A stretch of DNA of 64,000 nucleotides from an uncultured Alphaproteobacteria bacterium (GTDB lineage: Bacteria > Pseudomonadota > Alphaproteobacteria > HIMB59 > GCA-002718135), in NCBI GenBank assembly GCA_902602885.1, contig CACKSM010000003.1, positions 17,573 to 81,572 of the forward strand, written 5' to 3'. Shown here one piece after another: positions 10,224-19,456 of this stretch. Made by a program: the position numbers and the translations under genes. Numbering within the stretch: position 1 is the first letter of the stretch; the number at the start of each line of letters is the position of its first letter. Under the pieces are notes generated by a model. That model ran no database searches, was not told the origin of the DNA, and worked only from the letters and a program-made list of their open reading frames with translations.

Positions 10224-10403
10224 ATGCAATTATTTTTAGAAAGACTGATCTATTTTTGGGCTGGGATAACAGCTATTGGTCTTTTAATAGCTGTAGCTTA
10301 CTGGGCAATCGCAACTATAATTTATGTAGCTTTTATCTCTCTTTTTGTTGCCATTGCAGCTACTATTTTCTATCATTTTTATTGGTCCAAAAGAGATAAT
10401 TAA
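10224..10403 (+). CDS. Small hydrophobic membrane protein (about 59 aa)
   Basis: Two hydrophobic stretches with a basic C-terminus; fills the gap between genes and has an upstream promoter. Confidence 0.65.
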   Translation: MQLFLERLIYFWAGITAIGLLIAVAYWAIATIIYVAFISLFVAIAATIFYHFYWSKRDN

Positions 10404-10435
10404 TAGTCTATAAATACCAATAAGGTTATTTATCA

Positions 10436-11947
10436 GTGTCAAAATATATATTTTACGATTTAGAAACATCAGGAAGAGGTAAGAAAGAATATCCAACTGC
10501 ATTTGGTACTACTCCAAAATGGGAGCAGATAATGCAAATCGCTGCAATAGTTACTGACTCTAAGTTTAATCAAACAAATCAAAATATGAATGAGTTCTGC
10601 AGACCTCGAACATCAGTGATTTCTCAACCTGGTGCATTAATAACAACACTTAAAGGTATGAGAGAGGCACTTGATGCCCCTCAATCATCTTACGAATTAA
10701 TGAAAAAAATTAATGAAACTTTTGATGAATGGAAAAAAGATGATCCAAGTTCTACTTTTATTGGTCATAATATAATCGAATTTGATGAATCTGTGCTCGA
10801 ATACAATTTGTTTAGTCATATGTTTTATCCTTATGTAACAAGAAAGAGTAGGGGCGATACATTAAATTTAGCGAGAGGTTTATATGCCATAAACCCATCA
10901 AGTATAAAAACACCTTTAACAGAAAGAGGCAATCCTAGTTTTAAATTAGAAAAAATTGCCGAGATGAACAACTTACCTGTTGAATTTGCTCACGATGCAT
11001 TTTCAGATGTTAAGACATCAATTGCTTTGACAAAATATATTAACGAAGCAGACAAAACTAATTGGAATCAGCTTCAAATGACAATGAGTAAAGAAGATGC
11101 AATTGAATATATAAACAAAAATAAAGGCTTCTGTTTTATGACAAGCTTTGGAGGAAGAATTAAACTTCAAGCTTTGTCGATGGTATGTGAGTCTCAGTAC
11201 AATGGTTGGTTTCATACAATTGATTTAGCTCATGATCCGACGCCATTACTAGAAGCTAATTCTGAAGAATTTAAAAAACTTATCAAAAGAAAAAATAGAT
11301 ACGTTATTACTAATCAGCATCCTATTATTCTACCAGGTAAAATTGCTTCTAATTATGAGCCATACAATGAGATTGGCTCAGATGTACTAAATGAAAGAGC
11401 AAAAATAGTTTTTAAAAATAAAGATTTAGCAGACAAGTTTAAACTAATGGAAATAGATAAACGTATTGAAAAAGAAGATGAAAAATCGCAAGATAATATA
11501 TTTCCTGAAAGTGCAGCAAATGCCTTTCTTGATTTTAAACAATCTTCGGAAATAGCTAAATTTCACGAACAAAATGATTGGAATGAAAAATATAAAATTG
11601 CTCTTTCAATTAAGGAGCCAAGAGCAAACTTTATTTTAAAAAGACTTATATTTGATGAAAGTCCAAAAACTTTATCAAAAGAAGATTTTAAAATGGTTCA
11701 CCGGGAGTTACATGAAAGGTTGGTTATTAATCAAGAAAGACCCTTTACAACGATACCAGAAGCAATGTCTCAAACTGATACTGAATTGGTTAAAATGGAA
11801 GAAAGTGATGATGAAAATAAAGCTCAAAAAATGCAAATTTTAAAAGATTACAATGTCTATTTAAATTTTATGGAGAAATATTTTTCTAATAAAAATGCTG
11901 AACCCCTTCCAAGTGGTAAAGAACTGAGCAAAATAATCTTTGGTTAA
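10436..11947 (+). CDS. sbcB: Exodeoxyribonuclease I (DEDDh 3'-5' ssDNA exonuclease)
   Basis: FYDLETSG, GHNIIEFD, PSFKLE and AHDAFSDV motifs; about 500 aa. Confidence 0.85.
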   Translation: MSKYIFYDLETSGRGKKEYPTAFGTTPKWEQIMQIAAIVTDSKFNQTNQNMNEFCRPRTSVISQPGALITTLKGMREALDAPQSSYELMKKINETFDEWKKDDPSSTFIGHNIIEFDESVLEYNLFSHMFYPYVTRKSRGDTLNLARGLYAINPSSIKTPLTERGNPSFKLEKIAEMNNLPVEFAHDAFSDVKTSIALTKYINEADKTNWNQLQMTMSKEDAIEYINKNKGFCFMTSFGGRIKLQALSMVCESQYNGWFHTIDLAHDPTPLLEANSEEFKKLIKRKNRYVITNQHPIILPGKIASNYEPYNEIGSDVLNERAKIVFKNKDLADKFKLMEIDKRIEKEDEKSQDNIFPESAANAFLDFKQSSEIAKFHEQNDWNEKYKIALSIKEPRANFILKRLIFDESPKTLSKEDFKMVHRELHERLVINQERPFTTIPEAMSQTDTELVKMEESDDENKAQKMQILKDYNVYLNFMEKYFSNKNAEPLPSGKELSKIIFG

Positions 11948-12732
11948 TGTTTGAGCTTCAATATTTTATCATTGGCATTGTCCAAGGCTTTACTGAATTT
12001 TTACCAGTTAGTTCTTCTGGGCATTTAGTTCTTGTATCACAATTAACCAGTTGGCAAGATCAAGGTCTTTTTACTGATGTTGCCGTTCATGTTGGAACAT
12101 TATTAGCAGTTATAATTTATCTAAGATCTCATATAACAACTTTAATTAAGAGCTTTTTCTCCTTTCAGCTTGCAGACAATGATAACTTATTTAAAATTAT
12201 TATTGCAACTATACCTGCGGTTATAGTTGGATTCTTTATTTTTGATTTTGTTCAATTATATTTTCGAGATATCAAAGTTGTTGCAGTATCAAGTGTTGTT
12301 TTTGCTGCTTTATTATTTGTAGCAGATCATTTTAAGATGAAAATATCTTCTTGGGAAAATATGAGTTACGTGCAAGCCTTTATCATTGGTGCATTTCAAA
12401 TATTAGCATTTATACCTGGGGCAAGTAGAGCAGGAGTTACAATTACTGGCGCACGTTTTCTGGGTTTTGATAGATCATCTGCAGCAATTTTTTCTATGCT
12501 TTTATCTATACCCCTTATTTTAGCATCTTTAGTTTTAACAAGTTTAGATTTAATAAGTAGCTCTGAGACTAATATAAATTTATACAAATCTTTATTTGCA
12601 GCATTTGTCGCTTGTATTACTGCTCTATTTTCAATTAACATCATGATGCGAATAATACAAAATTCAACCTTTAACATTTTTATTATTTATAGAGTTTTAC
12701 TAGGATTTATTTTATTATATTTTTATGCATAA
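11947..12732 (+). CDS. uppP: Undecaprenyl-diphosphate phosphatase
   Basis: QGFTEFLPVSSSGH and PGASRAGVTI motifs. Confidence 0.95.
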   Translation: MFELQYFIIGIVQGFTEFLPVSSSGHLVLVSQLTSWQDQGLFTDVAVHVGTLLAVIIYLRSHITTLIKSFFSFQLADNDNLFKIIIATIPAVIVGFFIFDFVQLYFRDIKVVAVSSVVFAALLFVADHFKMKISSWENMSYVQAFIIGAFQILAFIPGASRAGVTITGARFLGFDRSSAAIFSMLLSIPLILASLVLTSLDLISSSETNINLYKSLFAAFVACITALFSINIMMRIIQNSTFNIFIIYRVLLGFILLYFYA

Positions 12733-13654
12733 AATATCTGGAGTCTTTAGCGCTGCTCTAACACCGGTAACAAGTGATTTATCAATAAATAAAGACCTCT
12801 ATCTTCGTCATTGTCAGTATTTAATGAGAGAAGGGCACGATGGTCTTGCTATTTTCGGCACAACAGGTGAAGCAAATAGTTTTTCTGTTCAAGAAAAAAA
12901 AGATCATATAGATTTTTTGATTTCAAATCGAATAGATCCCAAAATTCTTATGCCAGGTACAGGTTCATCTTCATTGAAAGAAGCAATTGATATGACAAAG
13001 CATGCTTCCTCTCATAAAGTAAGAGCAGTCCTTTTACTACCACCATTCTATTATAAGAATGTAACAGATGAAGGTGTGATAAACTACTATCGTCATTTAA
13101 TTGAAAATGTTGGTGATAGTGAACTTCATTATGTTTTATATCACATACCGCAAAATACATATGTTCCCATAAGTTTCAAAACTATTGAAACACTATTAAA
13201 ATTGTATCCTAATAATATTGTTGGTTTAAAAGATTCAAGTGGTGATGGTGAACGTATGATGAAGGTTATAAAATATTTCAATAATTTTTCAGTATTTTGT
13301 GGTCATGATAGTCTAGCTTTAAGTATAAGCAAAAGGGGAGGTGCTGGAGCAATTACTGCAGGTACAAATGTTTGTGGAAAATTACTTAACTTTATTTTAA
13401 AAAATTATAAAAACGAAAATTCAATTAAAAATTTTAATGAATTACAGAGTCTTTTAGAAAAAATAAGACAAGTTATTACGACACATGAACCTATTAGTTT
13501 AATGAAGGCTTATTTTTCCATTGTAGATAATATTTCTGAATGGAATAATGTATTACCACCATTAAAAAAAATTGATGATCCTGAAAATCATAAACTTGTT
13601 TTAATATTAAAAGAATTAGTAAAAAAAATAGATCCGTTAATAGCGAATACGTGA
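12725..13654 (+). CDS. DHDPS/NAL-family class I aldolase/dehydratase, probably not true DapA
   Basis: GTTGE and GLKDSSGD motifs; YHIPQNT lacks the DapA YNVPxR arginine. Confidence 0.8.
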   Translation: MHKISGVFSAALTPVTSDLSINKDLYLRHCQYLMREGHDGLAIFGTTGEANSFSVQEKKDHIDFLISNRIDPKILMPGTGSSSLKEAIDMTKHASSHKVRAVLLLPPFYYKNVTDEGVINYYRHLIENVGDSELHYVLYHIPQNTYVPISFKTIETLLKLYPNNIVGLKDSSGDGERMMKVIKYFNNFSVFCGHDSLALSISKRGGAGAITAGTNVCGKLLNFILKNYKNENSIKNFNELQSLLEKIRQVITTHEPISLMKAYFSIVDNISEWNNVLPPLKKIDDPENHKLVLILKELVKKIDPLIANT

Positions 13655-13996
13655 GTTAAAATACTTTTTTGCTTGAGTAGCAATTAAATTTTGGACAGGT
13701 TTTAAAAAGACAGCAAAACCAATACAATCAGTAAAGAAACCGGGAGTAATCAATAATAATCCTGAAACTAATAGAAAAATACCCCCTTTAATTTCTTCTG
13801 TGGGCATTACACCTTGTGATAAGTTTCGTTGTGCATCAAATAACAATTTGATCCCTTGTCTACGCACAAGAAATATTCCTACTAAAGCAGTGGTTAGTAT
13901 TATTGCTATAGTATTTAAAATTCCAATATTAGATCCGATTGTTATAAAAATACTTATTTCAATTATTGGAATAATAATAAACGCTAGAAAAATCAC
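13637..13996 (-). CDS. fxsA: FxsA family membrane protein
   Basis: FIIIPIIEI and LLITPGFFTDCIG motifs. Confidence 0.9.
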   Translation of the reverse strand: MIFLAFIIIPIIEISIFITIGSNIGILNTIAIILTTALVGIFLVRRQGIKLLFDAQRNLSQGVMPTEEIKGGIFLLVSGLLLITPGFFTDCIGFAVFLKPVQNLIATQAKKYFNSRIRY

Positions 13997-14997
13997 TAAC
14001 GTACTATACCAGTTTTTTCATCCTGTATGTTTTTTTCTATTTTATTCTCAAATTCTCTTAATCTTTTATAGACACTAGCAAGTTCTATGATTGTAGGCCA
14101 TGCTCTGAATAAATATTGTAGTGAACCTTCTACTCTTCCAAACGCTCTTATGATTTGTTGCATAACACCAAGTGTCATTACCCCAGCAACAATTGCTGGT
14201 GCTAAAAAAATATACGCTGCTAGAACGTTAGCTTGTAGATAGGCTAATCTTCCAATACTAAAATAGAGATAATACAAATAACTCTTAAAATGAATTTCTC
14301 TAACACCTTGGAAAAGTTCTTCTAATGATTTTGGTCTAATACTTCCATCATCCTCTGCAATAACTAAAATTTTTCTATAAGCAGCTTCTTTTTTTTGAAG
14401 ATCATATTCAATACCAACTAGTCTTAGTAACCATGCTAGTACAATCATTAAAATTGTACCACCGACAGCCCATATAAATGCTCCAGACACTAAACCGTAC
14501 TGCCAATCACCAAACCACAAGATTGGTATACCAACTGATAGAGTCATTAAGAGAGGGAAGAACTCTACTAATACTAGAACAGATTCAATTAAACTGGTTC
14601 CAAGACCTTCCATAATTCTACTAAACTTTATGGTATCTTCCTGAACCCTTTGACTTGCACCTTCGATAGTTCTCGCTTGATCGTAAACACTATGGTACCA
14701 CTCAACCATTGCTGTTCTCCATCTAAAAAGAAAATGGGAAGTTAGGAATGAAATTGCTAGTCCTAATGCAATTGAAATAGCAGCAAGTTGAGCAAAACTA
14801 AATAAAGCACCCATGTATTCTTGCATAGTTATAGCATTTGGTGTCCCAAGTGCTTTTTGGATCATGTCATAAAATTCACCAAACCATTCGTTGATTTGAA
14901 CATCAATCTGAACTTGGACCCATATAGAAGTAAGAATGACTACTGAGCCTACATAAGCCCATACATACCACTTTGGTTCAGTGAAAAATTTAAACAT
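13996..14997 (-). CDS. sbmA: SbmA/BacA family peptide transporter
   Basis: INEWFGEFYDMIQ, FRWRTAM, IEGASQRVQEDT, QKKEAAYRK and ELASVYKRLREFE motifs. Confidence 0.88.
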   Translation of the reverse strand: MFKFFTEPKWYVWAYVGSVVILTSIWVQVQIDVQINEWFGEFYDMIQKALGTPNAITMQEYMGALFSFAQLAAISIALGLAISFLTSHFLFRWRTAMVEWYHSVYDQARTIEGASQRVQEDTIKFSRIMEGLGTSLIESVLVLVEFFPLLMTLSVGIPILWFGDWQYGLVSGAFIWAVGGTILMIVLAWLLRLVGIEYDLQKKEAAYRKILVIAEDDGSIRPKSLEELFQGVREIHFKSYLYYLYFSIGRLAYLQANVLAAYIFLAPAIVAGVMTLGVMQQIIRAFGRVEGSLQYLFRAWPTIIELASVYKRLREFENKIEKNIQDEKTGIVR

Positions 14998-15027
14998 TGT
15001 ATATATATATGTTCAATTAGATTTTAA

Positions 15028-15060
15028 AAAAGAAGGCGGTTATTAATTATTTCTTCTTTT
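15028..15060 (-). terminator. Possible weak terminator or attenuator hairpin overlapping the end of the small basic ORF
   Basis: On the - strand: AAAAGAAG-N17-CTTCTTTT followed by TT. The stem is AT-rich and the loop large. Confidence 0.3.
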
Positions 15061-15130
15061 GACGCTTTTTGTTTCTTCTATATTTAGAGCCTCTTTTACG
15101 TCTGCCTCTATGTTTTTTTGGATATCCCAT
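15047..15130 (-). CDS. Unannotated 27-aa highly basic peptide MGYPKKHRGRRKRGSKYRRNKKRQKKK
   Basis: Manual translation from ATG 15130 to TAA 15047; 16 of 27 residues are K/R; more GC-rich than the flanking spacer; promoter-like sequence upstream. Confidence 0.7.
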   Translation of the reverse strand: MGYPKKHRGRRKRGSKYRRNKKRQKKK

Positions 15131-15139
15131 AATGTAGAT

Positions 15140-15169
15140 ACGGTATACAAAAATAAAAAATTAAGTCAA
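15140..15169 (-). promoter_or_regulatory. Candidate sigma70 promoter for the small basic ORF
   Basis: On the - strand: TTGACT(15169-15164)-N18-TACCGT(15145-15140), or N16-TATACC; ATG at 15130. Confidence 0.5.
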
Positions 15170-15172
15170 AGA

Positions 15173-16060
15173 CTAATAATGCCAATCTTTAGCTTCATTA
15201 AATAAAAAATCCCTAAAAACTTCAAGTCTTCTATCGTTTTTAAAAGATTCAGAATAAACAAAGTATGTTTGATATGATGGACCTTCTAGGTTTGGTAGAA
15301 CACGTACAAGCTGAGGTTTGTCTGCAACCATGTAATCAGGTAAAGATGCTAAGCCTCCACCTTTTTCAATTGCAAGTGACATCGCGTAAATACTATTTAC
15401 TCTAAATTTAGGTCGTCTTTTTGTTCCTTCTTTTCCAATTTTTAATATCCAATCAATATTAGAAACAGGAGAAGGTAATCCAGCTCCAAAGCAAATTAAA
15501 TCATGCTTATCTAAATCATTTACATTTCTTGGTATGCCACTTTTTTGCAAGTAATCTGAAGAACCATAAATATGGTTATGAAAATTAACAAATTTTTTAA
15601 AAATTAAATTTGCTTGCGTTGGTTTCTTTACTCTAACTGCAACATCAGCAACTCTTGCAGATAAATCAACTTCTTCATCACTCATAATTAAATTTACATC
15701 TATCTCTGGATATTGATTAGCAAATTTGGTTATTCTTGGTGTGAGCCAAGCTGATCCAAAACCAACAGTTGTGCTTACTGTTAATTTTCCTACTGGTTTA
15801 GTTTTTTTATCTAATAATTTTTTTTCAAAATCAGAAATTGAAAAATTAATTTGATTTACAGTATTAAATAAATTTTCACCTTGTTCTGTTAACCTTACAC
15901 CTTTTTGATGTCTTATAAACAGAGGTGTCTTTAAATCGTATTCAAGATCTTGTATTTGTCTACTAAGTGCAGATTGACTGATATTTAGTTTAGCACTTGC
16001 CTTAGAAATGCTTCTTGAGATTGCAATTTCGTAAAATGATTTTAATTTATCCCAGTCCAT
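15173..16060 (-). CDS. LysR-family regulator, VtlR/LsrB-like
   Basis: MDWDKL N-terminus, SQSALSRQI HTH, TTVGFGSAWL and VFRDFL...W C-terminus resemble the conserved alphaproteobacterial VtlR/LsrB group. Confidence 0.85.
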   Translation of the reverse strand: MDWDKLKSFYEIAISRSISKASAKLNISQSALSRQIQDLEYDLKTPLFIRHQKGVRLTEQGENLFNTVNQINFSISDFEKKLLDKKTKPVGKLTVSTTVGFGSAWLTPRITKFANQYPEIDVNLIMSDEEVDLSARVADVAVRVKKPTQANLIFKKFVNFHNHIYGSSDYLQKSGIPRNVNDLDKHDLICFGAGLPSPVSNIDWILKIGKEGTKRRPKFRVNSIYAMSLAIEKGGGLASLPDYMVADKPQLVRVLPNLEGPSYQTYFVYSESFKNDRRLEVFRDFLFNEAKDWHY

Positions 16061-16707
16061 TATCTTAAGGAATTTATAATTTCATTATAGTTTTTTTGGT
16101 TTTGAGATAATAAATAAGATCCTACCGCTAACACATCAGCTCCATTATCTTTACATATTTTTGCATTTTCATTATTTACTCCACCATCAACAGCTATCTC
16201 ATAGTTATAATTATTATTTTTTCTAATTTCATCTAAATCTTTAATTTTTTGCACCTGATCATGCATAAATTTTTGACCGCCAAAACCAGGTGTGACCGTC
16301 ATAACTATTATTTGCTGAACTTTACTAAATAAATGATCAATATCTGCAATATTTACCTCAGGGTGAATTGCAATTCCTGCTTTAATTTCAGAATCACTTA
16401 TCATTTTAATAATTTCTTCTGGGTTATCATCAGCCTCAGGATGAAAAGTAATGATATCTGAGCCAGAGTCTATAAATTCTTTAATATATTGCTTAACTGG
16501 TTTAATCATTAGATGCACATCTAATATTTTAGAGGTAACCTTTCTTAATGATTTAACTATATTTGGTCCAAAAGTAATATTGGGGACATAGTGACCATCC
16601 ATGATGTCTATATGAATATATTCAGCTCCATTTAGATCTAAACATCTAACTTCTTCTTCTAATTTAAGAATATCCGCTGATAATATTGATGGTGATATTT
16701 TTATCAT
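16060..16707 (-). CDS. rpe: Ribulose-phosphate 3-epimerase
   Basis: ISPSILSAD, HIDIMDGHYVPNITFG, DVHLM, PGFGGQ and VDGGV motifs. Start moved to ATG 16707. Confidence 0.96.
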   Translation of the reverse strand: MIKISPSILSADILKLEEEVRCLDLNGAEYIHIDIMDGHYVPNITFGPNIVKSLRKVTSKILDVHLMIKPVKQYIKEFIDSGSDIITFHPEADDNPEEIIKMISDSEIKAGIAIHPEVNIADIDHLFSKVQQIIVMTVTPGFGGQKFMHDQVQKIKDLDEIRKNNNYNYEIAVDGGVNNENAKICKDNGADVLAVGSYLLSQNQKNYNEIINSLR

Positions 16708-16745
16708 TTGTAAACAGATATATAATATATAAATACACATTCATA

Positions 16746-17090
16746 ATGAATTCTATAATAGAAAAACCTTGGGGATCATTTGAGATACTAAAATCTGGTA
16801 AAAAATTCCTAGTAAAAAAAATTTTTGTAAAACCGGGAGGAGTTCTATCTCTTCAAAGTCATGAACATAGATCTGAGCATTGGATTGTGGCTGAAGGAGA
16901 AGCAGAAGTCACAATTGACAAAAAAGTAATTAATTTAAAAGAAAATGAGAACATTTTTATTCCAAAAGGGGCAATTCATAGAATGGCTAATAGAAAAGAT
17001 CGTGATTTAGTTATTATAGAAATGTGGTACGGTGATAATCTTAATGAAAATGATATTAAAAGGTACGAAGATATTTATGAAAGAATTTAA
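16746..17090 (+). CDS. Mannose-6-phosphate isomerase type II C-terminal cupin domain protein
   Basis: KPWGSF, LSLQSHEHRSEHW and ENDIKRYED motifs. Confidence 0.9.
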   Translation: MNSIIEKPWGSFEILKSGKKFLVKKIFVKPGGVLSLQSHEHRSEHWIVAEGEAEVTIDKKVINLKENENIFIPKGAIHRMANRKDRDLVIIEMWYGDNLNENDIKRYEDIYERI

Positions 17091-17473
17091 TGCTTATTAA
17101 TACTCCTATTTCGCTTGGCGAACTTGTAGATAAAATTTCTATATTAATTATTAAACAGAAAAATATAACTGATGAAACTAAGCTTGATCATGTCAAAAAA
17201 GAACTAGATTTTCTCCAAAAGACATTGATGAATTATGTCCAACAAGAAGAAATAAATAATTATTTAGAAAATTTGATAAACATTAATTCTAAACTCTGGA
17301 ATATAGAAGATGATATTAGAGAGTGTGAAAGAAAAAAATTATTTGATCAATCATTTATTGATTTAGCTAGAAGTGTCTATTTTACAAATGATGAAAGAGC
17401 AAAAGTAAAAAATGATATTAATAAAACCTTTGGTTCTGAATTAGTAGAGGTAAAATCTTATGAGGAATATTAA
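17090..17473 (+). CDS. DUF6165-like conserved protein
   Basis: PISLGELVDKISIL, LWNIEDDIR, LARSVYFTNDERA and EVKSY motifs. Confidence 0.8.
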   Translation: MLINTPISLGELVDKISILIIKQKNITDETKLDHVKKELDFLQKTLMNYVQQEEINNYLENLININSKLWNIEDDIRECERKKLFDQSFIDLARSVYFTNDERAKVKNDINKTFGSELVEVKSYEEY

Positions 17474-18511
17474 TTAATAAATTCTTGAAACACTTTTAGT
17501 AACAAGAGATACTAATTTTTCTTTGTAAATGTTATCTTTAAATATATCAACTGAGTCTACTGCTACACTTGAAAAGTGATTTGCTCTTGTAAGTGTATCT
17601 TCAATACATTGATACTTATTAATTATTTCTAATGCCATTTCAAAATCACCATCATTTTGGTTAAGATCAGATATTGTTCTTTCCCAAAATTTTTTTTCTT
17701 TATCATTTGATCTTCCATATGCTAATATTATTGGAAGAGTAATTTTACCTTCTTTAAAATCATCTCCAGTATTTTTTCCTAATATTTTTTTGTTTGAAGA
17801 ATAATCAATAGCATCGTCAATTAATTGAAAAGTCATCCCAAAGTTTGTTCCAAATGATTTTAATGCATTAACCTCAGCTTCTGTTCCAAGAGCACTAATT
17901 GATCCAACTTGACATGCTGCACTAAATAAAGAAGCAGTCTTTGCATTTACAACTTCAAAATAAATATTTTCATTTATTTCTAAATTTTTATCATTAGCAA
18001 GTTCTAAAACCTCTCCTTCAGAAATAACAACACTAGTATCAGCTAATATTTTTAATGTTTCGGTATTGCCATATTTTGTCATTAATTGGAAAGCCCTACT
18101 GAATAAAAAATCACCAACTAATACACTAGTTTTATTTTTCCATTTCTCATTTGCTGTAGGTTTTCCTCTTCTTTGTTTACTTTCATCTATTACATCATCA
18201 TGTAATAGTGTTGCTGTATGAATAAATTCTACTGCTGCAGATAGACCGATATGATTCATTTTATTTTCAATTTCACTAGTTTCATTTCTTGTCATATGAA
18301 AACTTGAAACAGTTAAAAGAGGTCGTAATCGCTTTCCCCCTGATAAGATAAGGTATTTTCCAACTTCATGAACTAAAGGTACATTGCTATCTAATTTATC
18401 AAGGATTATAGTATTTACAGATACCAGGTCTTCTTTGCATAGATCTGTTAATTCTCTGATTTCATCTTCAAATGAAAAATCTTTTTTTCTAAGTGGAAGA
18501 ACATTATCCAT
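17474..18511 (-). CDS. ispB: Polyprenyl (octa/decaprenyl) diphosphate synthase
   Basis: GGKRLRP, LLHDDVID..RRG, FQLIDD and GDDFKEGKITLP motifs. Confidence 0.93.
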   Translation of the reverse strand: MDNVLPLRKKDFSFEDEIRELTDLCKEDLVSVNTIILDKLDSNVPLVHEVGKYLILSGGKRLRPLLTVSSFHMTRNETSEIENKMNHIGLSAAVEFIHTATLLHDDVIDESKQRRGKPTANEKWKNKTSVLVGDFLFSRAFQLMTKYGNTETLKILADTSVVISEGEVLELANDKNLEINENIYFEVVNAKTASLFSAACQVGSISALGTEAEVNALKSFGTNFGMTFQLIDDAIDYSSNKKILGKNTGDDFKEGKITLPIILAYGRSNDKEKKFWERTISDLNQNDGDFEMALEIINKYQCIEDTLTRANHFSSVAVDSVDIFKDNIYKEKLVSLVTKSVSRIY

Positions 18512-18640
18512 ATTGTTTAACTATTAGAATATTATGTTAATTCATTAACTTAATTGACGCACTTAAACTCAAATTACTAAAATTACAAACAAATGCTACA
18601 TAACGCTTTAAGAAAAGATTAACATTTGTTATTAGATATT

Positions 18641-19456
18641 ATGTTTAAAAGGTTATTTTCGAAGAGTACTACAATACCGGTTTTACGTTTATCTGGCATT
18701 ATATCATCACAGTCAGGCTTAACAGGCTCTGGTTTAGCAATCAATAATTTAGAAAAGTTAATTGATAAGTTATTTGCTGATAAAAAATCTCCTGTTGTAG
18801 GTTTGGTCATTAATTCACCTGGAGGTTCTCCTACACAATCCTCTTTAATAGCAAAAAGGATCATTGATCTGGCAAAGGAAAAAAACAAAAAAGTATTAGC
18901 ATTCGTTGAAGATGTTGCAGCTTCTGGTGGTTATTGGTTAGCATGTGCTGCTGATGAAATATATATTGATCAAAACTCTGTTATTGGATCAATAGGTGTT
19001 ATTTCACCAGGTTTTGGTTTTGTTGATCTTTTAAAAAAAGTTGGAATAGAAAGAAGAGTGTATACATCTGGAAAAAGTAAAAGTTTTCTTGATCCTTTCA
19101 AAGAAGAAAAACAGGAAGACATTGATAGATTAAAAAATATTCAAGAACAAATTCATGATAATTTTATTAATTATGTAAAAGATAGAAGAGGTTCAAAACT
19201 TGATCAGAATAAATTAGATGACATCTTTTCTGGTTTATTTTGGGTTGGTAATAAAGCTATCGATTTAGGTTTAGCAGATGGTATTGGTGCAATAAAACCA
19301 ATTTTAGAAGAGAAGTTTGGAAAAAAAATTAAAATTAAAATAATCAGTCAAAAAAAATCATTTTTACAACGTAGATTTTCTTCTTCAATATTTAATTCTG
19401 ATGAAATTTTAAATAAAATTGAAGAACGAATTATGTTTTCTAGGTTTGGTTTGTAA
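18641..19456 (+). CDS. sppA: S49 family signal peptide peptidase
   Basis: INSPGGSP, EDVAASGGYW and GSIGV motifs. Confidence 0.88.
   Translation: MFKRLFSKSTTIPVLRLSGIISSQSGLTGSGLAINNLEKLIDKLFADKKSPVVGLVINSPGGSPTQSSLIAKRIIDLAKEKNKKVLAFVEDVAASGGYWLACAADEIYIDQNSVIGSIGVISPGFGFVDLLKKVGIERRVYTSGKSKSFLDPFKEEKQEDIDRLKNIQEQIHDNFINYVKDRRGSKLDQNKLDDIFSGLFWVGNKAIDLGLADGIGAIKPILEEKFGKKIKIKIISQKKSFLQRRFSSSIFNSDEILNKIEERIMFSRFGL

Noticed and set aside
12725-13654. dapA (lysine biosynthesis)
   Set aside because: It lacks the DapA-specific Arg after the catalytic Tyr motif, so it was kept as a DHDPS-like enzyme of unknown substrate.
15000-15010. Short (TA)n run just upstream of sbmA
   Set aside because: It is too short to be distinguished from AT-rich background.
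18608-18623. CtrA-box match TTAA-N7-TTAAC upstream of sppA
   Set aside because: At this AT content a few such matches are expected by chance in 64 kb, and there is no other support.
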